From Mobula hypostoma (Eukaryota), in assembly GCF_963921235.1 (NCBI RefSeq), contig NC_086097.1, positions 99,512,001-99,576,000 on the forward strand: a stretch of 64,000 bases of DNA, written 5' to 3'. Below the pieces are notes generated by a model. The model searched no databases and was not told the DNA's origin. It worked only from the letters and a program-made list of their open reading frames with translations. This document shows, one piece after another, positions 13,038-25,856 of the stretch. Made by a program: the position numbers and the translations under genes. Within the stretch, counting starts at the first letter, position 1, and every line of letters starts with the position of its first letter.

Positions 13038-13178
13038 CTTCACCACGTTCGCCTTGAAAGCAACAAAATTTTCAAAAACCAAGCTCTGAAAATCCTGGCC
13101 AGACACCACGGTCAGGCACTTAGTGTAGAAGTTCGAGTTGGGATTATCCACGTCGAAAAGTTCACGGATTTTAGGATT
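13038..13178 (-). CDS. PLCB2: Phospholipase C beta 2-like, coding exon 4 (141 bp, PH domain)
   Basis: Acceptor CTCACAG, donor AAG|GTAAGT. Reads NPKIRELFDVDNPNSNFYTKCLTVVSGQDFQSLVFENFVAFKANVVK versus PLCB2 [47 protein letters not shown]. Confidence 0.96.
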
Positions 13179-14274
13179 CTGTGAGTGGTGGGGGGGCGGT
13201 GGAGAAGAAACAAAAATGGGATAAGGATGGGTCATTCAAACTAGAATGGGCCCTGGGGTTGTACGTCCTGAAGCAGGTGTGGGCTGGGCATTGGCTGGAT
13301 GAGGAACGTGCCAGTCTCTGCTCAGGTGGTAGCAGAGGCGAACTGGCAACAGGCAGGAAGAGATAACATACGTGCAGAGCAGGGACACAACATCCCCACC
13401 CAGGGCCAGCTAGCTGAGGAAACTTATTTTCCTGCAAGCTCCAGCTGTGTCCACACACTGGGAACATCCACTTACTTATGCAAATGCAAACCGTGTCAAT
13501 CATGCTCATTCAGGCATCACCTCGCCCTGCCTGCCCAGGGGCTACCCACCAGATTCTCCGTTCAGCTCCATCACAAGTGATTTGCGGCTCGATGTCGATG
13601 GACGCGAAGAATTAACCGGCCCATATACTGGGAAAGACTCACCATGGGGAGAGCAGCCTCCCCGTACACAGACACATCCCCCACCCTGCCCTCTCCCCGC
13701 ACACAGACAGAGGGAATGCCCACTGTGTGCAGAGTGCCACCCCACCCCAACCGCCCTGCGGATCATAACCAATCAAGTGTCCAGTCAGTTTCTCATTGAT
13801 TATTCACTAGTCATTACCCTCATGTCCACCCCTCCCTCGCCAGGATACTGGTCTCCCTCCAGTTCGGGTGTACAGTTCACCTCCACCACACAAGAGATCC
13901 CAATGACCCACAAAGGTGACTCTGTGCCCCCAGCACCAGCTGCCTGTCTGACTTTCCGTCTACTTCTGTCCCCACGCACACGGCATTGGGAGTAATCCAG
14001 AGATCGATACTTTTGACCTCCTGCTTTTAACTTCTCTCCTAGCTCTCTTTATTCACTCTGCAGGACCTCATCCCTTTTTATGCCAATATCCTGCAAGATC
14101 TCACCAGAAACCCTTTCTCTTGAATGGCTACTTCTCCCGATGCTCGAAATTGAACTTCTGAGTCAGATGGGTGGTGTAGAGGGTGTTAACTCCCCTATCC
14201 TCTCTCACTGTTGGCCAGGCCAGTGAGGCAATTTGAGGTACAGTAATTGCTTGTTGTTCTTACATAGAAAACAT

Positions 14275-14420
14275 ACTGCTAGACTGCTAGCAGTCTTAAG
14301 AGACTGCTAGACAGGTATATGGAGGAATTTAAGGTGGGGGGATATATAGGAGGTAGGGTTTAAGAGTTGGAACAACATTGTGGGCTGAAGGGCCTGTACT
14401 GTGCTGTACTATGTTCTATG
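14275..14420 (+). mobile_element. Short plus-strand CR1 3' end inserted in the tail of the minus-strand CR1
   Basis: TTAAGAGACTGCTAGACAGGTATATGGA...GGGCTGAAGGGCCTGTACTGTGCTGTACTATGTTCTATG is a CR1 3' terminus. Confidence 0.8.
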
Positions 14421-15149
14421 CAGCACAATACAGGCCTTTTGCCCACAAAGCTGTGCCAAACATGTCCTTGCCTTAGAACTACCTAGGCTTTACCCATAGC
14501 CCTCTATTTTTCCAAGCTCCATGTAGCCATCCAGGAGTCTCTTAAAAGACCCTGTCGTTTCCGCATCTACCATCACCTCCAGCAGCCCATTGCATACACA
14601 CACCACTCTCTGTGTAAAAAACTTACCCCTGACATCGCCTCTGTACCTACTTCCAAGCACCTTAAAACTATGCCCTCTCATGCAAGCCATTTCAACCTTG
14701 GGAAAAAGCCTCTGACTATCCACACAATCAATGCCTCTCATCATCTTATACACCCCTATCAGGTCACCTCTCATCCTCTGTCACTCCAAGGAGAAAAGGC
14801 CGAGTTCACTCAACCTATTCTTATAAGGCATGCTCCCCAATCCAGGCAACATCCTTGTAAATCTCCTCTGCACCCTTTCTGTGGTTTCCACGTCCTTCCT
14901 GTAGTGAGGCGACCAGAATTGAGAACAGTACTCCAAGTGGGGTCTGACCAGGGTCCTATATAGCTGTAACATTACCTCTCAGCTCTTAAACTCAATCCCA
15001 TGATTGATGAAGGCCAATGCACCGTATGCCTTCTTAACCACAGAGTCAACCTGCGCAGCAGCTTTGAGTGTCCCATGGACTCGGACCCCAAGATCCCTCT
15101 GATCCTCCACACTGCCAAGAGTCTTACTATTAATGCTATATTCTGCCAT

Positions 15150-18100
15150 TGTGGCGACCCATTTTCTAGCACCCACGAACCGGCTCATGAAACAGCGTGC
15201 GCAGGCAGAGGGCTGGCCCCAAAAAGGGCGCCAGGCCATCTTCACCAGCAGGGGGAAAATCCCGCTCGTGGAAAGGGTCTGGGAATATGCATTCCCCACA
15301 GCAGTCCCGCCCCAGGGAGGGCGGGAACGGAAAGGCTTTAAAGCAGGCCGCGAAGTTTGAATAAATCTCATTATCGCAACTCTAACTCACCGACTACGTG
15401 TGGTTATTTTAGCGCTGTGTGTAGCACACCGCTACAATTGTTGACCCCGACGACCCAAACGATATTTGGACCAGAGATGACCGACGCTGCATCTGTTCAC
15501 GCAGTTTCGTTAAAATTGCCAAGCTTCTGGACGCTGCGACCCCATTTCTGGTTCGAACAAGCAGAAGCTCAATTCCACATTCGGCAGATAACCTCGGAGT
15601 CCACTCGCTACTATTACGTGCTGAGCTCCCTCGACCAGGAGACAGCTGCACAAGTTGAGGAGTTTATTCAGTCGCCCCCGGAGGACGGCAAATACACAGC
15701 ATTCAAAGCCCTGCTCATAAGGACTTTCGGACTCTCACGGTGCGAACGAGCACGCCGCTTAATGCACCTGGATGGTTTGGGAGACAGGCCGCCGTCAGCA
15801 TTAATGAACGAGATGCTGGCCCTGGCTGAAGGACACAAACCCTGCCTCATGTTTGAGCAGGCGTTCCTAGAGCAACTGCCCGAGGACATATGCCTGCTGC
15901 TGTCCGACGCAGATTTCAGCAACCCCCGGGAGGTGGCGGCCCGAGCAGATGTGCTGTGGAATGCCAGGAAAGAGAGAGGGGCATCCGTTGCACAGATCAC
16001 CAAGCCGCGTGCCCAACGACAGACCAGACCAGGCCCGGCAGCAGAGCCTACAAAACCCGGCGACGGGAGTGAGGAGCCCAACGAACAATGGTGTTTCTAC
16101 CACCAGCGGTGGGGCACAGAGGCCCGCCACTGCAGACCACCCTGCAAATTTCCTGGGAAATGCCAGAGCCAGCTGCCGCTGATGGCTACGGCGGCTGGCC
16201 ATCAGGACAGCCTCCTGTACGTCTGGGACAAGCAGTCGGGACGCCGCTTTTTGGTCGATACCGGAGCGGAGATCAGCGTCTTACCTCCAACGAGTTACGA
16301 CACCCGCAACAGAGAACCGGGACCCATCCTGAGGGCCGCTAATGGCAACACAATACGAACCTACGGCACCCGCACGGTGCGGCTACAGTTCAGCTCCAGC
16401 CGGTTCACGTGGGACTTCACACTGGCCGCCGTGGCCCAACCACTCCTGGGGCCGGATTTTCTGTGAGCCCACAGCCTGCTGGTCGACTTGCAGGGAAGCG
16501 ATTAGTCCACACCAAGACTTTTCAAACGTTCTCCCTGGGTGAAGCACAGTTGCCAGCGCCACACCTGGACTCCATCACGCTGTCCGACGATGAATTCACC
16601 AGGGTCCTGGTGGATTTCCCATCAGTACTGACACCGCAGTTCACGGCAGCCATGCCCAGTCACGGAGTACAGCACCACATCCCGACCCAGGGACCACCCC
16701 TCCAGGCCCGTGCTCGAAGGCTTCCCCCGGACAAGCTCCGACTGGCGAAGGAGGAGTTCAAGAAGATGGAGGAATTGGGGATCATACGACGGTCCGACAG
16801 CCCATGGGCCTCCCCCCTTCACATGGTGCCCAAGGCAACGGGGGGCTGGAGACCATGCGGTGACTACCGCAGACTGAACGAGGCTACAACGCCACACCGC
16901 TACCCTGTGCCGCACATTCGAGACTTCACAGCAAACCTACACGGCGCAAGGATCTTTTCCAAGATAGACCTCGTCCGGGGATACCATCAAATCCCGGTAC
17001 ATCCGGAAGATTCCCCAAAACAGCACTCATCACCCTGTTTGGACTTTTTGAATTCCTCCGAATACCGTTTGGTCTAAAGAATGCCGCACAGACTTTCCAG
17101 CGGCTAATGGACGCGGTGGGACGCGACCTGGACTTTGCATTCATCTATTTGGATGACATCCTCATAGCCAGCAGTAGTCGGCAGGAGCATCTGTCCCACC
17201 TCCGCCAGCTCTACTCCCGCCTGGGTGAATTCGGCCTTACAATCAACCCAGCCAAATGCCAGTTCGGACTCGACACCATCGACTTCCTGGGCCACAGGAT
17301 TACTAAAGACGGGGCAACCCCGCTGCCCGCCAAGGTAGACGCGGTCCGCCACTTCCCCCGACCCAACACAATCAAAGGCCTGCAGGAATTCGTGGGTATG
17401 GTGAATTTCTACCTCCGTTTCCTCCCCTCAGCAGCCCGAACCATGCGCCCCTTGTTCACTCTAATGTCGGGTAAGGGCAAGGACATTACCTGGAACGAAG
17501 AGGCCGCAACCGCTTTCGTTAAAACCAAAGAAGCCTTGGCAAACGCCGCGATGCTAGTGCACCCCAGAGCGGGCGTTCCTACTGCCCTCACGGTGGACGC
17601 ATCCAACACAGCAGTCGGTGGAGTGCTGGAACAACTCATCAAGGGTCGCTGGCAACCCCTGGCGTTCTTCAGCAAACACCTACGACCACCCGAACTCAAA
17701 TACAGTGCTTTCGACCGGGAGCTATTGGCACTATACCTGGCAATCCGGCATTTCAGGTACTTCTTAGAAGGTAGGCCCTTCACCGCGTTCACAGACCACA
17801 AACCGCTTCCCTTTGCGTTCACTAAGGTGTCCGACCCCTGGTCGTCCCGCCAGCAGCGACATCTGTCCTACATCTCCGAGTACACGACGGACATCCGGCA
17901 TGTCTCTGGAAAGAACAATGTCATGGCAGACGCACTTTCCAGACCCACCATACAGGCCCTGTCCCAGGGGGTGGACTATGCAGCGCTGGCAGAGGCACAG
18001 CAGGCAGACGCGGAGATCCCCAGTTACAGGACTGCAGTCTCCGGTTTGCAGTTCCAAGACCTCCCCGTAGGCCCAGGTGAGAGGACCCTACTATGTGACG

Positions 18101-19524
18101 TAGCTACTGGCCAACCCCGCCCCATCGTCCCAGCAGCCTGGCGCCGGCGGGTGTTCGAATCCATTCACAACTTAGCGCACCCCTCCATCAGGACAACCGT
18201 CCGGCTGGTCTCCAACAGGTTCGTGTGGCATGGACTTCGTAAACAGGTCAGTGAATGGGCCAAAACGTGCATGCAGTGCCAAACGGCCAAGGTGCAGTGG
18301 CACACCAAGGCTCCACCGCAGCGGTTCGAACCCACCCGCCGGAGGTTCGACCACATCCATGTGGATATTGTGGGGCCCCTGCCAGTGTCGCGAGGAGCGC
18401 AGTACTTCCTAACTATGATAGACCGGTTCACCAGATGGCCAGAGGCAGTCCCGCTCACCGACACCACCTCCGATTCCTGCGCCCGAGCACTGATCGCAAC
18501 CTGGGTAGCACGCTTTGGGGTACCGGCCCACATTACCTCTGACAGGGGCGCCCAGTTCACCTCCAGCCTGTGGTCAGCTATGGCCAGCCTTTTAGGATCG
18601 CAGCTACACCACACAACTGCCTACCACCCACAGTCGAACAGACTAGTGGAGCGTTTCCACCATCACCTGAAGTCGGCTCTCATGGCCCGCCTGGAGGGGC
18701 CTAACTGGGTTGACGAGCTTCCCTGGGTCCTGCTCGGAATCCGCACGGCGCCCAAGGAAGATCTGCACACCTCGTCGGCCGAGTTGGTGTACAGCGCACC
18801 CCTGGTCGTCCCAGGAGAGTTCATACCAGCCCCAAGGGGGCAAGAGGAAGAACCCACAGCAGTCCTGGACAGACTACGGGAGAGGCTCGGTAACCTGGCC
18901 CCCATACCCATTTCACAGCACGGACAAAGCCCGTCCTGCGTACCCAAAGACCTGCAGAACTGTAAGTTTCTTTTTGTATGACGGGGCGGACACCGGGCAC
19001 CGCTACAGCGGCCCTACGAGGGGCCGTTTAAGGTGATCAGGAACAATGGGTCCACGTTCGTGCTGGACATTGGGGGGAGAGAGGAGGTTTTCACGGTGGA
19101 CCGACTCAAACCGGCCCATGTGTTTTGGCGCAGCCGGTCTGGGCTCAGGCACCGCGGCACAGGGGCAGACCCCCAAACAGAGGCCGATCCAGACTGTGGA
19201 CATTGGGGGAGGTATCGCCGGTTCTGAGGGAGGGGTTATGTGGCGACCCACTTTCTAGCACCCACAACCCGGCTCACGAAACAGCACGCGCAGGCAGAGG
19301 GCCGGCCCCAAAAAGGGCGCCAGGCCATCTTCACCAGCAGGGGAAAATCCCACGCGCGGAAAGGGTCTGGGAATATGCATTCCCCACAGCAGTCCCGCCC
19401 CAGGGAGGGCGGGAATGGGAAGGCTTTAAAGCAGGCCGCGAAGTTTGAATAAATCTGTTTATCGCAACTCCAACTCACCGACTCCATGTGGTTATTCTAG
19501 CGCTGTGTGTAGCACACCGCTACA
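15150..19524 (+). mobile_element. Full-length Ty3/Gypsy LTR retrotransposon, CsRn1/Kabuki-like lineage, mutated
   Basis: LTRs 15150-15436 and 19239-19524 (TG...CA), 4-bp TSD CCAT, tRNA-Trp-like PBS, and PPT GAGGGAGGGG at 19226-19235. Gag from ATG 15477 (KLPSFW, CFYH...CRPPC), protease LVDTGA, RT YLDD, RNase H DAS, integrase HHCC/DDE and GPF. Stops at 16464 and 18979; frameshifts near 16490 and 17020. Confidence 0.97.
15439..15452 (+). promoter_or_regulatory. Primer-binding site, tRNA-Trp-like
   Basis: TGTTGACCCCGACG lies 2 nt after the 5' LTR and has one mismatch to TGGTGACCCCGACG, the complement of the tRNA-Trp 3' end. Confidence 0.8.
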
Positions 19525-20235
19525 CCATCATATTTGACCTACCAAAATGAACCACTTCACACTTATCTGGGTTGAACTCCATCTGCCACTTCTCAGCCCA
19601 GTTTTGCATCCTATCAATGTCCTGTTGTAACCTCTGACAGCCCTCCACACTATCCACAACACCCCCAACCTTTGTGTCATCAGCAAATTTACTAACCCAT
19701 CCCTCCACTTCCTCATCCAGGTCATTTATAAAAATCACAGAGAGTAGGGGTCCCAGAACAGATCCCTGAGGCACACCACTGGTCACCAACCTCCATGCAG
19801 AATAAGACCTGTCTACAACCACTCTTTGCCTTCTGTGAGCAAGCCAGTTCTGGATCCACAAAGCAATGTCCCCCTGGATCCCATGCTTCCTTACTTTCTC
19901 AATAAGCCTTGCATGGGGTACCTTATCAAATGCCTTGCTGAAATCCATATACACTACATCTACTGCTCTACCTTCATTAATGTGTTTAGTCACATTCTCA
20001 AAAAATTCAATCAGGCTCGTAAAGCACGACCTGCCTTTCAGAAAGCCATGCTGACTATTCCTAATCATATTATACCTCTCCAAATGTTCGTAAATCCTGC
20101 CTCTCAGGATCTTCTCCATCCACTAGTGAAGCAGTTCACATCTTTAGGGTGATGCTGCCTTGCATTGTGTTCAAGCAAGATGGTGCTGACTGATGTGATG
20201 TTGAGTGTCAGAGAGAGGAAAGCTCACATTTCCTG

Positions 20236-20520
20236 TTTATTTGTGTATAGAAATACAGTGCAGAATAGGCCCTTCTGGGGCTTCAAGTCATGCCTCCCAG
20301 CCTCCCAGCCTCCCAGCCACCCAGCCTCCCAGCCACCCAGCATCCCCCAACTTAACCCTGTGGACAATTTACAATGAGCTGCCTTTGGACTGTGAGAGGA
20401 AACCAGAGTACCCGGAGGAAACCCATGCGGTCATGGGGAGAACGTGCAAACTCCTAGCAGGCAGCAGAGGGAGTTGAACCTGGGTTGCGGGTAGCTAACC
20501 ACTACACTACCGTGCCACCC
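20236..20520 (-). mobile_element. tRNA-derived SINE with CR1-type tail (HE1/V-SINE-like)
   Basis: Minus strand starts GGTGGCACGGTAGTGTAGTGGTTAGC (box A) and has GGTTCAACTCC (box B), a central TTTGCACGTTCTCCCC...GGGTTTCCTCCGGG, and a CR1-like tail. Confidence 0.8.
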
Positions 20521-21809
20521 TCTGTTATGGTATTGTGCTTAACATTGTGTTCCTGGGGAGCCTCAATGCTTTTACGAGGATGGCCAATTCTAATGAGCAC
20601 AAAATATAGAAATGTCTACAGGGCAACACACCCCCTGTTATGTGAAATAGTCCTCACTGAGGAAGGCAAATGATCGCACGTACATTAAGTATCTTACAGG
20701 TTGTTCTGTTGTAATGCATATAGTGGGTTTGATTAATTAAAGAATACCTGACCCTGACTGAATTAGTAATAATGTGATTTGGATCAAGAATTAGCCCCAC
20801 TGTAACAGACACCAGCTAACAATTTCACCACGAGAGTCTACTTAAGAACATTGCTTTGGAAACTGACAAGGCAATTGCTCCTATTGACAATTATTCAATG
20901 ATACAAATGTCATGCACAGCCCTAAGTATTATTAGCTTGTGGTAACAAAACAAAGCACCTTTATTGCTGAAATTTTTTGCAGGAGAAATAATTGCTATTG
21001 TAAGTTTAAAATGTCATAGCTCCTAACTCCCTTTTCCTCCCAGTGACAAAATTTTTTTCCATAATGTTTGCTATAACTCAATGTTTCTTAGAACATACAT
21101 CCAATTCAATCTCAAATGTCTGTCATAGTTAATATCTCAGTCGTTAACTTGTGTGGAGAAAGTTCACATGTTTCCCATTATAAATGCCTTCAATTCTTCC
21201 GCTGATCTGAAGATCCTATGGTTGAAGGCTCCAGCCATTTTGTGCACCTAATGGAACGAGAAGCGGGAGCAGGCCATTCACCCCCGACAACTCATGCCGC
21301 TAACAGTCACTCCACGGCTGACCTTTTACCCGAGCACCACTTCCCTTAGTGTTAATCCACCATTCTCTTGAATATATTCAATAACTAAGCCTCCAAAACC
21401 CTCAAAGATAATTTCATAGATTCAAACAAATATAGAGAGTTGAAAATAAATTAAAGACCTCAGATGCTGGAAATCGAGTTCACACTGATCATCAACACTA
21501 GTCACATTTTACTCTCCTCACATTGCCATCAATTCTCCTCAGACTCTACCAGTCACTGGCACACTCAGGATAACCTACAGCAACCCCCCGGTACTTGCTT
21601 GGGATGTCAGAGAAGACTAGAATCCCTGGGAGGAGTGAGACTGCCAGAGGGAGAACACACAAACTCTCAGAGACAGGACTGGAGGCCAGGAGCTCGGAGG
21701 CAGTGCAGAAACACTCAGGTGTCTGACATGAGCTAAATTTTACCTGAAGCCTGGTCACACACCAACATCTGAGTCTGCTCTCTCCCTGAGGAAGAAACTA
21801 CTCGCAGAC

Positions 21810-22490
21810 ATGAGGTCTCCCAGGCTGACACCTGGGTGGGGGGGTTTGTCGTGTGAGGAGAGGTTACGCAGACTGAGCCTAGAATGAGGGGTGACCTAGA
21901 TGAAATGTACAAAATTCTTCTCGGGTTAGGAGGGTAGATGCGGAATTAACATTTCCCGTGACTAGGGTATCTAGATCCATCGGTCACGGTCTCAAAAGGA
22001 GTTCAGAAATAAAATGTACTGGTGAGTTAGTGAGCTGGTGTCACCTTTGTCAAGTTCCCACATGGAAAAGTGGATCCAAAAGGTTGGAGACCAGGGCAAG
22101 CTGGAAAATTGGATACAGAGTTGGCTTGGTAATAGGGAGGCAGATTGCGCTAGTGAAGGGTTGTTTTTGTAACTGGTAGTTTGTGACCAGCAATTTACCA
22201 CAAGGATTGATGCCGGGGTCCTTACCATTTGTTATATACTGTAACGATTTGGATGTGCGGGGAGGAGGTTTATAGATGACACAAAAACTGGTAGCATTAC
22301 TGGTAGTGAGGAGAATAATTGTAGGCTATGGGATTATAGTGATCGACTGGTAAAATGGAGACACTGCTGGCAGATGGGGTTTCGTCCCGATAAGTGTGAG
22401 GGGGATACACTTTGGGAGAATGAATGAGGGCATGCAGTGTGAATAGTGAAGCCCCAGGAAACAGAGAGCCCTCAGTATACAAGTCCAAGA
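21810..22490 (+). mobile_element. Degenerate CR1 fragments
   Basis: Remnants of RMRGDL, F.KVPH and DDTK-like motifs with many indels. Confidence 0.6.
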
Positions 22491-22701
22491 GTGAACATTG
22501 GGCTGTTAGTGTGACACTATCACAGAGTTCGGAGTTTGGAGTTCAATCCCAGTGTCCTCCCCATGGAACGCGTGGGTTTTCTCCAGCTCCTCTGGTTTCC
22601 TCCCAAAGCCCAAAGCCTAAGGGATCATTTTAAACTGACTGGGTTAGGGTGAAATCAGGGTTGTGAGGAGGTGTGGCTCCAAGGGCCAGAGACCTCCAAA
22701 G

Positions 22702-22741
22702 ACAGTCCTGACGAAGGGTCTTGGCCCGAAACGTCGACTGT
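22702..22741 (+). ncRNA. Minimal type I hammerhead ribozyme motif in a Penelope-like-element repeat
   Basis: ACAGTC-CTGACGA-A-GGGT(CTTG)GCCC-GAA-ACGT-C-GACTGT. Stem I ACAGTC/GACTGT, both core motifs, 4-bp stem II, palindromic stem III and a GUC cleavage triplet. It is followed by the dispersed GATGCTGCCTGGCCTGCTG repeat (to ~22800). Confidence 0.8.
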
Positions 22742-23299
22742 ACCTCTTTCTATAGATGCTGCCTGGCCTGCTGCATTCACCAGCAACTTTTTATGTGTGT
22801 TGTTTTATGAGTAAGGTTTGTTTTTGCTGGAGTGGAACGGCCTGAGAGAGGTGTACAAAACATATGAGAAGTAAAGATAGAGCAGATAACAGGAAACTTT
22901 TCATCATAACAAAAGCATTGACAGCATTGGTTTAGGGTCAGTGATAAGAGGTTCAAAATAGATCTGAGAGAGGTTTTAATCTCATACACTCTATCTAAGA
23001 ACTGATCGAGGCAGGTACTCAATGTTTGAAACGCATCAAGATGAACACTTGAATCACCTAAACATCGAAGGCTACAGAGTGAGTGCTGGTAAGTGGAGTT
23101 GGTGTAGATGGTAAATTAACGGATTGCATAGACTTGGTGGGCCAAGGGCCTTGTTTCTGTGCTGAGTGACTCTAAGGGTAAGGCATTCTAGACAGAGATG
23201 AGAAGAAATGGCAAATCTTTAGAATTCCCTACTTAAGCAGATCATTGAGGTTCATTCACTGAGTGCAATCAAAGCACGCCCATCACTTTTTACATACTA

Positions 23300-23590
23300 A
23301 ATGCATTTATTTATTTCTTTATTTAGAGATTCTGCATGGAACTGGCCTTTCCAGCCAATGAGCTGCACCACCCAGCATCCTATCTATTTAACCCTGGCCT
23401 AATCACCAGACAACTTACAAAGACCGATTAACCCAATAACCGGTATGTCTTTGGACCGTGGGAGGAACTGGAGCTCCTAGTGAAGACCCACGTCCTCACA
23501 GGAAGAACATACAAACTTTCTTACAGAGAACGTTGGAATTGAAATCTGAATTGCAACGCCTGGGCTGTAATACCATCATGTTAACTTGTC
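23300..23590 (-). mobile_element. HE1/V-SINE-like SINE
   Basis: Same family as 20236-20520, with a (TTTA)n-like tail near 23305-23325. Confidence 0.65.
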
Positions 23591-23934
23591 TATAGGGTTA
23601 GTGCAAGAAAGTGCTGTTGGGATTAAAAATTAACATATGGAATGATGGAACAGATATAACAGTGTCTCCCTTTCTCTCTCTCTCTCCCCTACTCCTCCTC
23701 CCCCTCTACAGATTTCCACTATCAAACTGAGATAATGACATATACACATAACGTCACCCAAATCTGTCCAGGATGACCCATAACCTACATAAACTGCTCA
23801 ATTACTTTCCAACTTGCAAGCTGCTGTGTGAACTCCAAGAGTTGCTGTACACAGCACAGGAACAGGCCCTTCAGCCCAAGTCAAACAAGCTGACCAAGGT
23901 TCCTTCTTGAAATAGCCCTATTTACCTGCATTAT

Positions 23935-24690
23935 CTAAATGGGGAGAAGGTTCAAACATCAGAGTGCAGAGGGACTTAGGAGTCCTTGTGCAAGGCTCCT
24001 AGAAGGTTAATCCACCAGTTGAGTCTGTGGTAAAGAAGGCAAACGCAGTGCTGGCATTTGTTTCAAGGGGAATAGAATATAAGAGCAAGGAGATAATGCT
24101 GAGCCTTTCTAAGACACTAGTCAGGCCGCACTGGGAGTATTGTCAACAGTTCTGGGCCCCATTTCTCAAAAAGGATGTGTTATCATTGGAGAGAGTCCAG
24201 AGGAGGTTCACGAGGATGATTCCGAGAATGAAGGGGTTAACATATGAGGAGCATTTGGTAGCTTTGAGTCTGTATTCACTGGAATTTAGAATAATGTGGG
24301 GGGATCTCATTGAAACTTCCCAAATGTTGAAAGGACTAGATGTAGACTAGGTGGATGTGGAGAGGATGTTTCCTATGGTGGGGATATCCAGACCAAGAGA
24401 GCACAGCCTCAAATCTGAGGGGCAACCCTTTAGAACAGAGGTAAGGAGGGATTGTTTTCAGCCAGAGAGTAGCAAATCTGTGGAATGCTCTGCTACAGAC
24501 TGCGGTGGAGGCCAAGTGTATATTTAAAGTGGAAGTTGATCGTTTCCTGATCAGTCAGGGCATCAAAGGATATGGTGAGAAGGTAGGTGTATGGGGTTGA
24601 GTGGGATCCGGGATCAGCCATGATGGAATGGTGGAGCAGACTCAATGGGCTGAATGGCCTAATTCTGCTCATATGTCTAATGGTCTTATG
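23935..24690 (+). mobile_element. 5'-truncated CR1 LINE
   Basis: ORF 24027-24350 (KKANAVLAFVSRGIEYKSK...LVRPHWEYC) with a CR1 tail near 24680. Confidence 0.9.
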
Positions 24691-25787
24691 TCTTCAGCTC
24701 GGTCGAAAACAGCTCCAGCCTATCCTGTCCTTCCTCATTATTCAATGTCCTGGTAACATCCTTTTGAATCTTTGCTGCACTTTTCCTAGCTTAATCACAC
24801 CCAGAACTCTTTAATTACGTCTCATAAAACATGAAACCCTCCCTGATATCTGCTCTGAATATAAACTCCCCATAACCATCAAATACCTCCAAAGTACTAT
24901 AGCAATAGCATATCTCGACCTGAAACGTTGGCTGTCTACTTCCCAACATTGATACTGCCTGACCCGTTCAATACTTTCAGTGCTTTGCATGTTACTCCAG
25001 ATTCCAGCATCTGCAGTGTCGTATCACCAAACTATTGTTATACTTGGCTACCCATTACCAACTCAGAATTGGACAATTCAGTTGCAGGTTGGAACTCACT
25101 TCTGGATAAGTGCTACTAAATAAATATGTATGTCCCTAACCTCAAACATCTTAATCTGTCTCTTTCCACTCCTCCATGATTATATATAGAAACCTTTGAA
25201 ACCCTCAATAATTTTCATCTCAGCAATAGCTTGCATAGATCTGTTTGGTATTTAATAAGTCTCCAACCCAATTACTTAGTCTGCAGACTGCAACTCAACC
25301 AGTTACATTTCTCCTGTGGGTTTAGGCCACTCTATGTGAAGCACCCAAACCTATCAGCTGGATTCCAATCTGGAGAGAGTGCCGAACTTCACTTGAATGT
25401 CACCTGGGACGAAGTGTTTGACAGCAACGGTTCTGAATATAAACTCCCTCCCAAACACTTCCCCCCCACCACCCCAAAAAAAAACTTGTGATTAGACTGG
25501 AGCTTGTATTTCATTCCTGATTATCTTCATTTCCGTACATGGTCATTGTTGTTCGATATATAAATTATCTGATGCTCTTCATTAGATTCCAGGTTATAGC
25601 TGGAAGGCGTCAGGTCCTCAGAAGAAGACTACGATACCAAAGCCCTTCTAGTTTCCAGTCTGAAGTACCTTTCCTGCCATCTGTCCTCCATGTAAACCAC
25701 TCCGTGTAGATGCCATTTTGTTCATCAGTCTATCTAGCTGTGACTTTCTACATCTGTAGTGCCCTGGGTCAAAATCTCAGATCTTAC

Positions 25788-25856
25788 CTTGGGGGCTCTG
25801 GCATACTTGCCAACTCTTGTGTCACGGATATCTGTTAATGCCAGGCTCTCGATTTG
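25788..25856 (-). CDS. PLCB2: Phospholipase C beta 2-like, coding exon 3 (69 bp)
   Basis: Acceptor TTTCTTTCTGTAG, donor AAG|GTAAGA. Reads QIESLALTDIRDTRVGKYARAPK, which contains the PLCB IRDTRxGK motif. Confidence 0.96.

Larger units (their letters stand above)
14263..20120 (-). mobile_element. CR1 LINE (14263-15149 plus 19525-20120) split by a Gypsy insertion
   Basis: ORFs 19520-20119 ([30 protein letters not shown]), 14781-14972 and 14490-14774. The two halves rejoin at ...TTCTGCCAT|CATATTTGACC, as in the uninterrupted copy near 53768. Confidence 0.95.

Noticed and set aside
12933..13184. Plus-strand 83-aa ORF
   Set aside because: Antisense shadow of PLCB2 exon 4.
17107..18981. 624-aa pol ORF as a domesticated gene or active element
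   Set aside because: It lies between diverged LTRs, with upstream frameshifts and premature stops, as expected of a decaying insertion.
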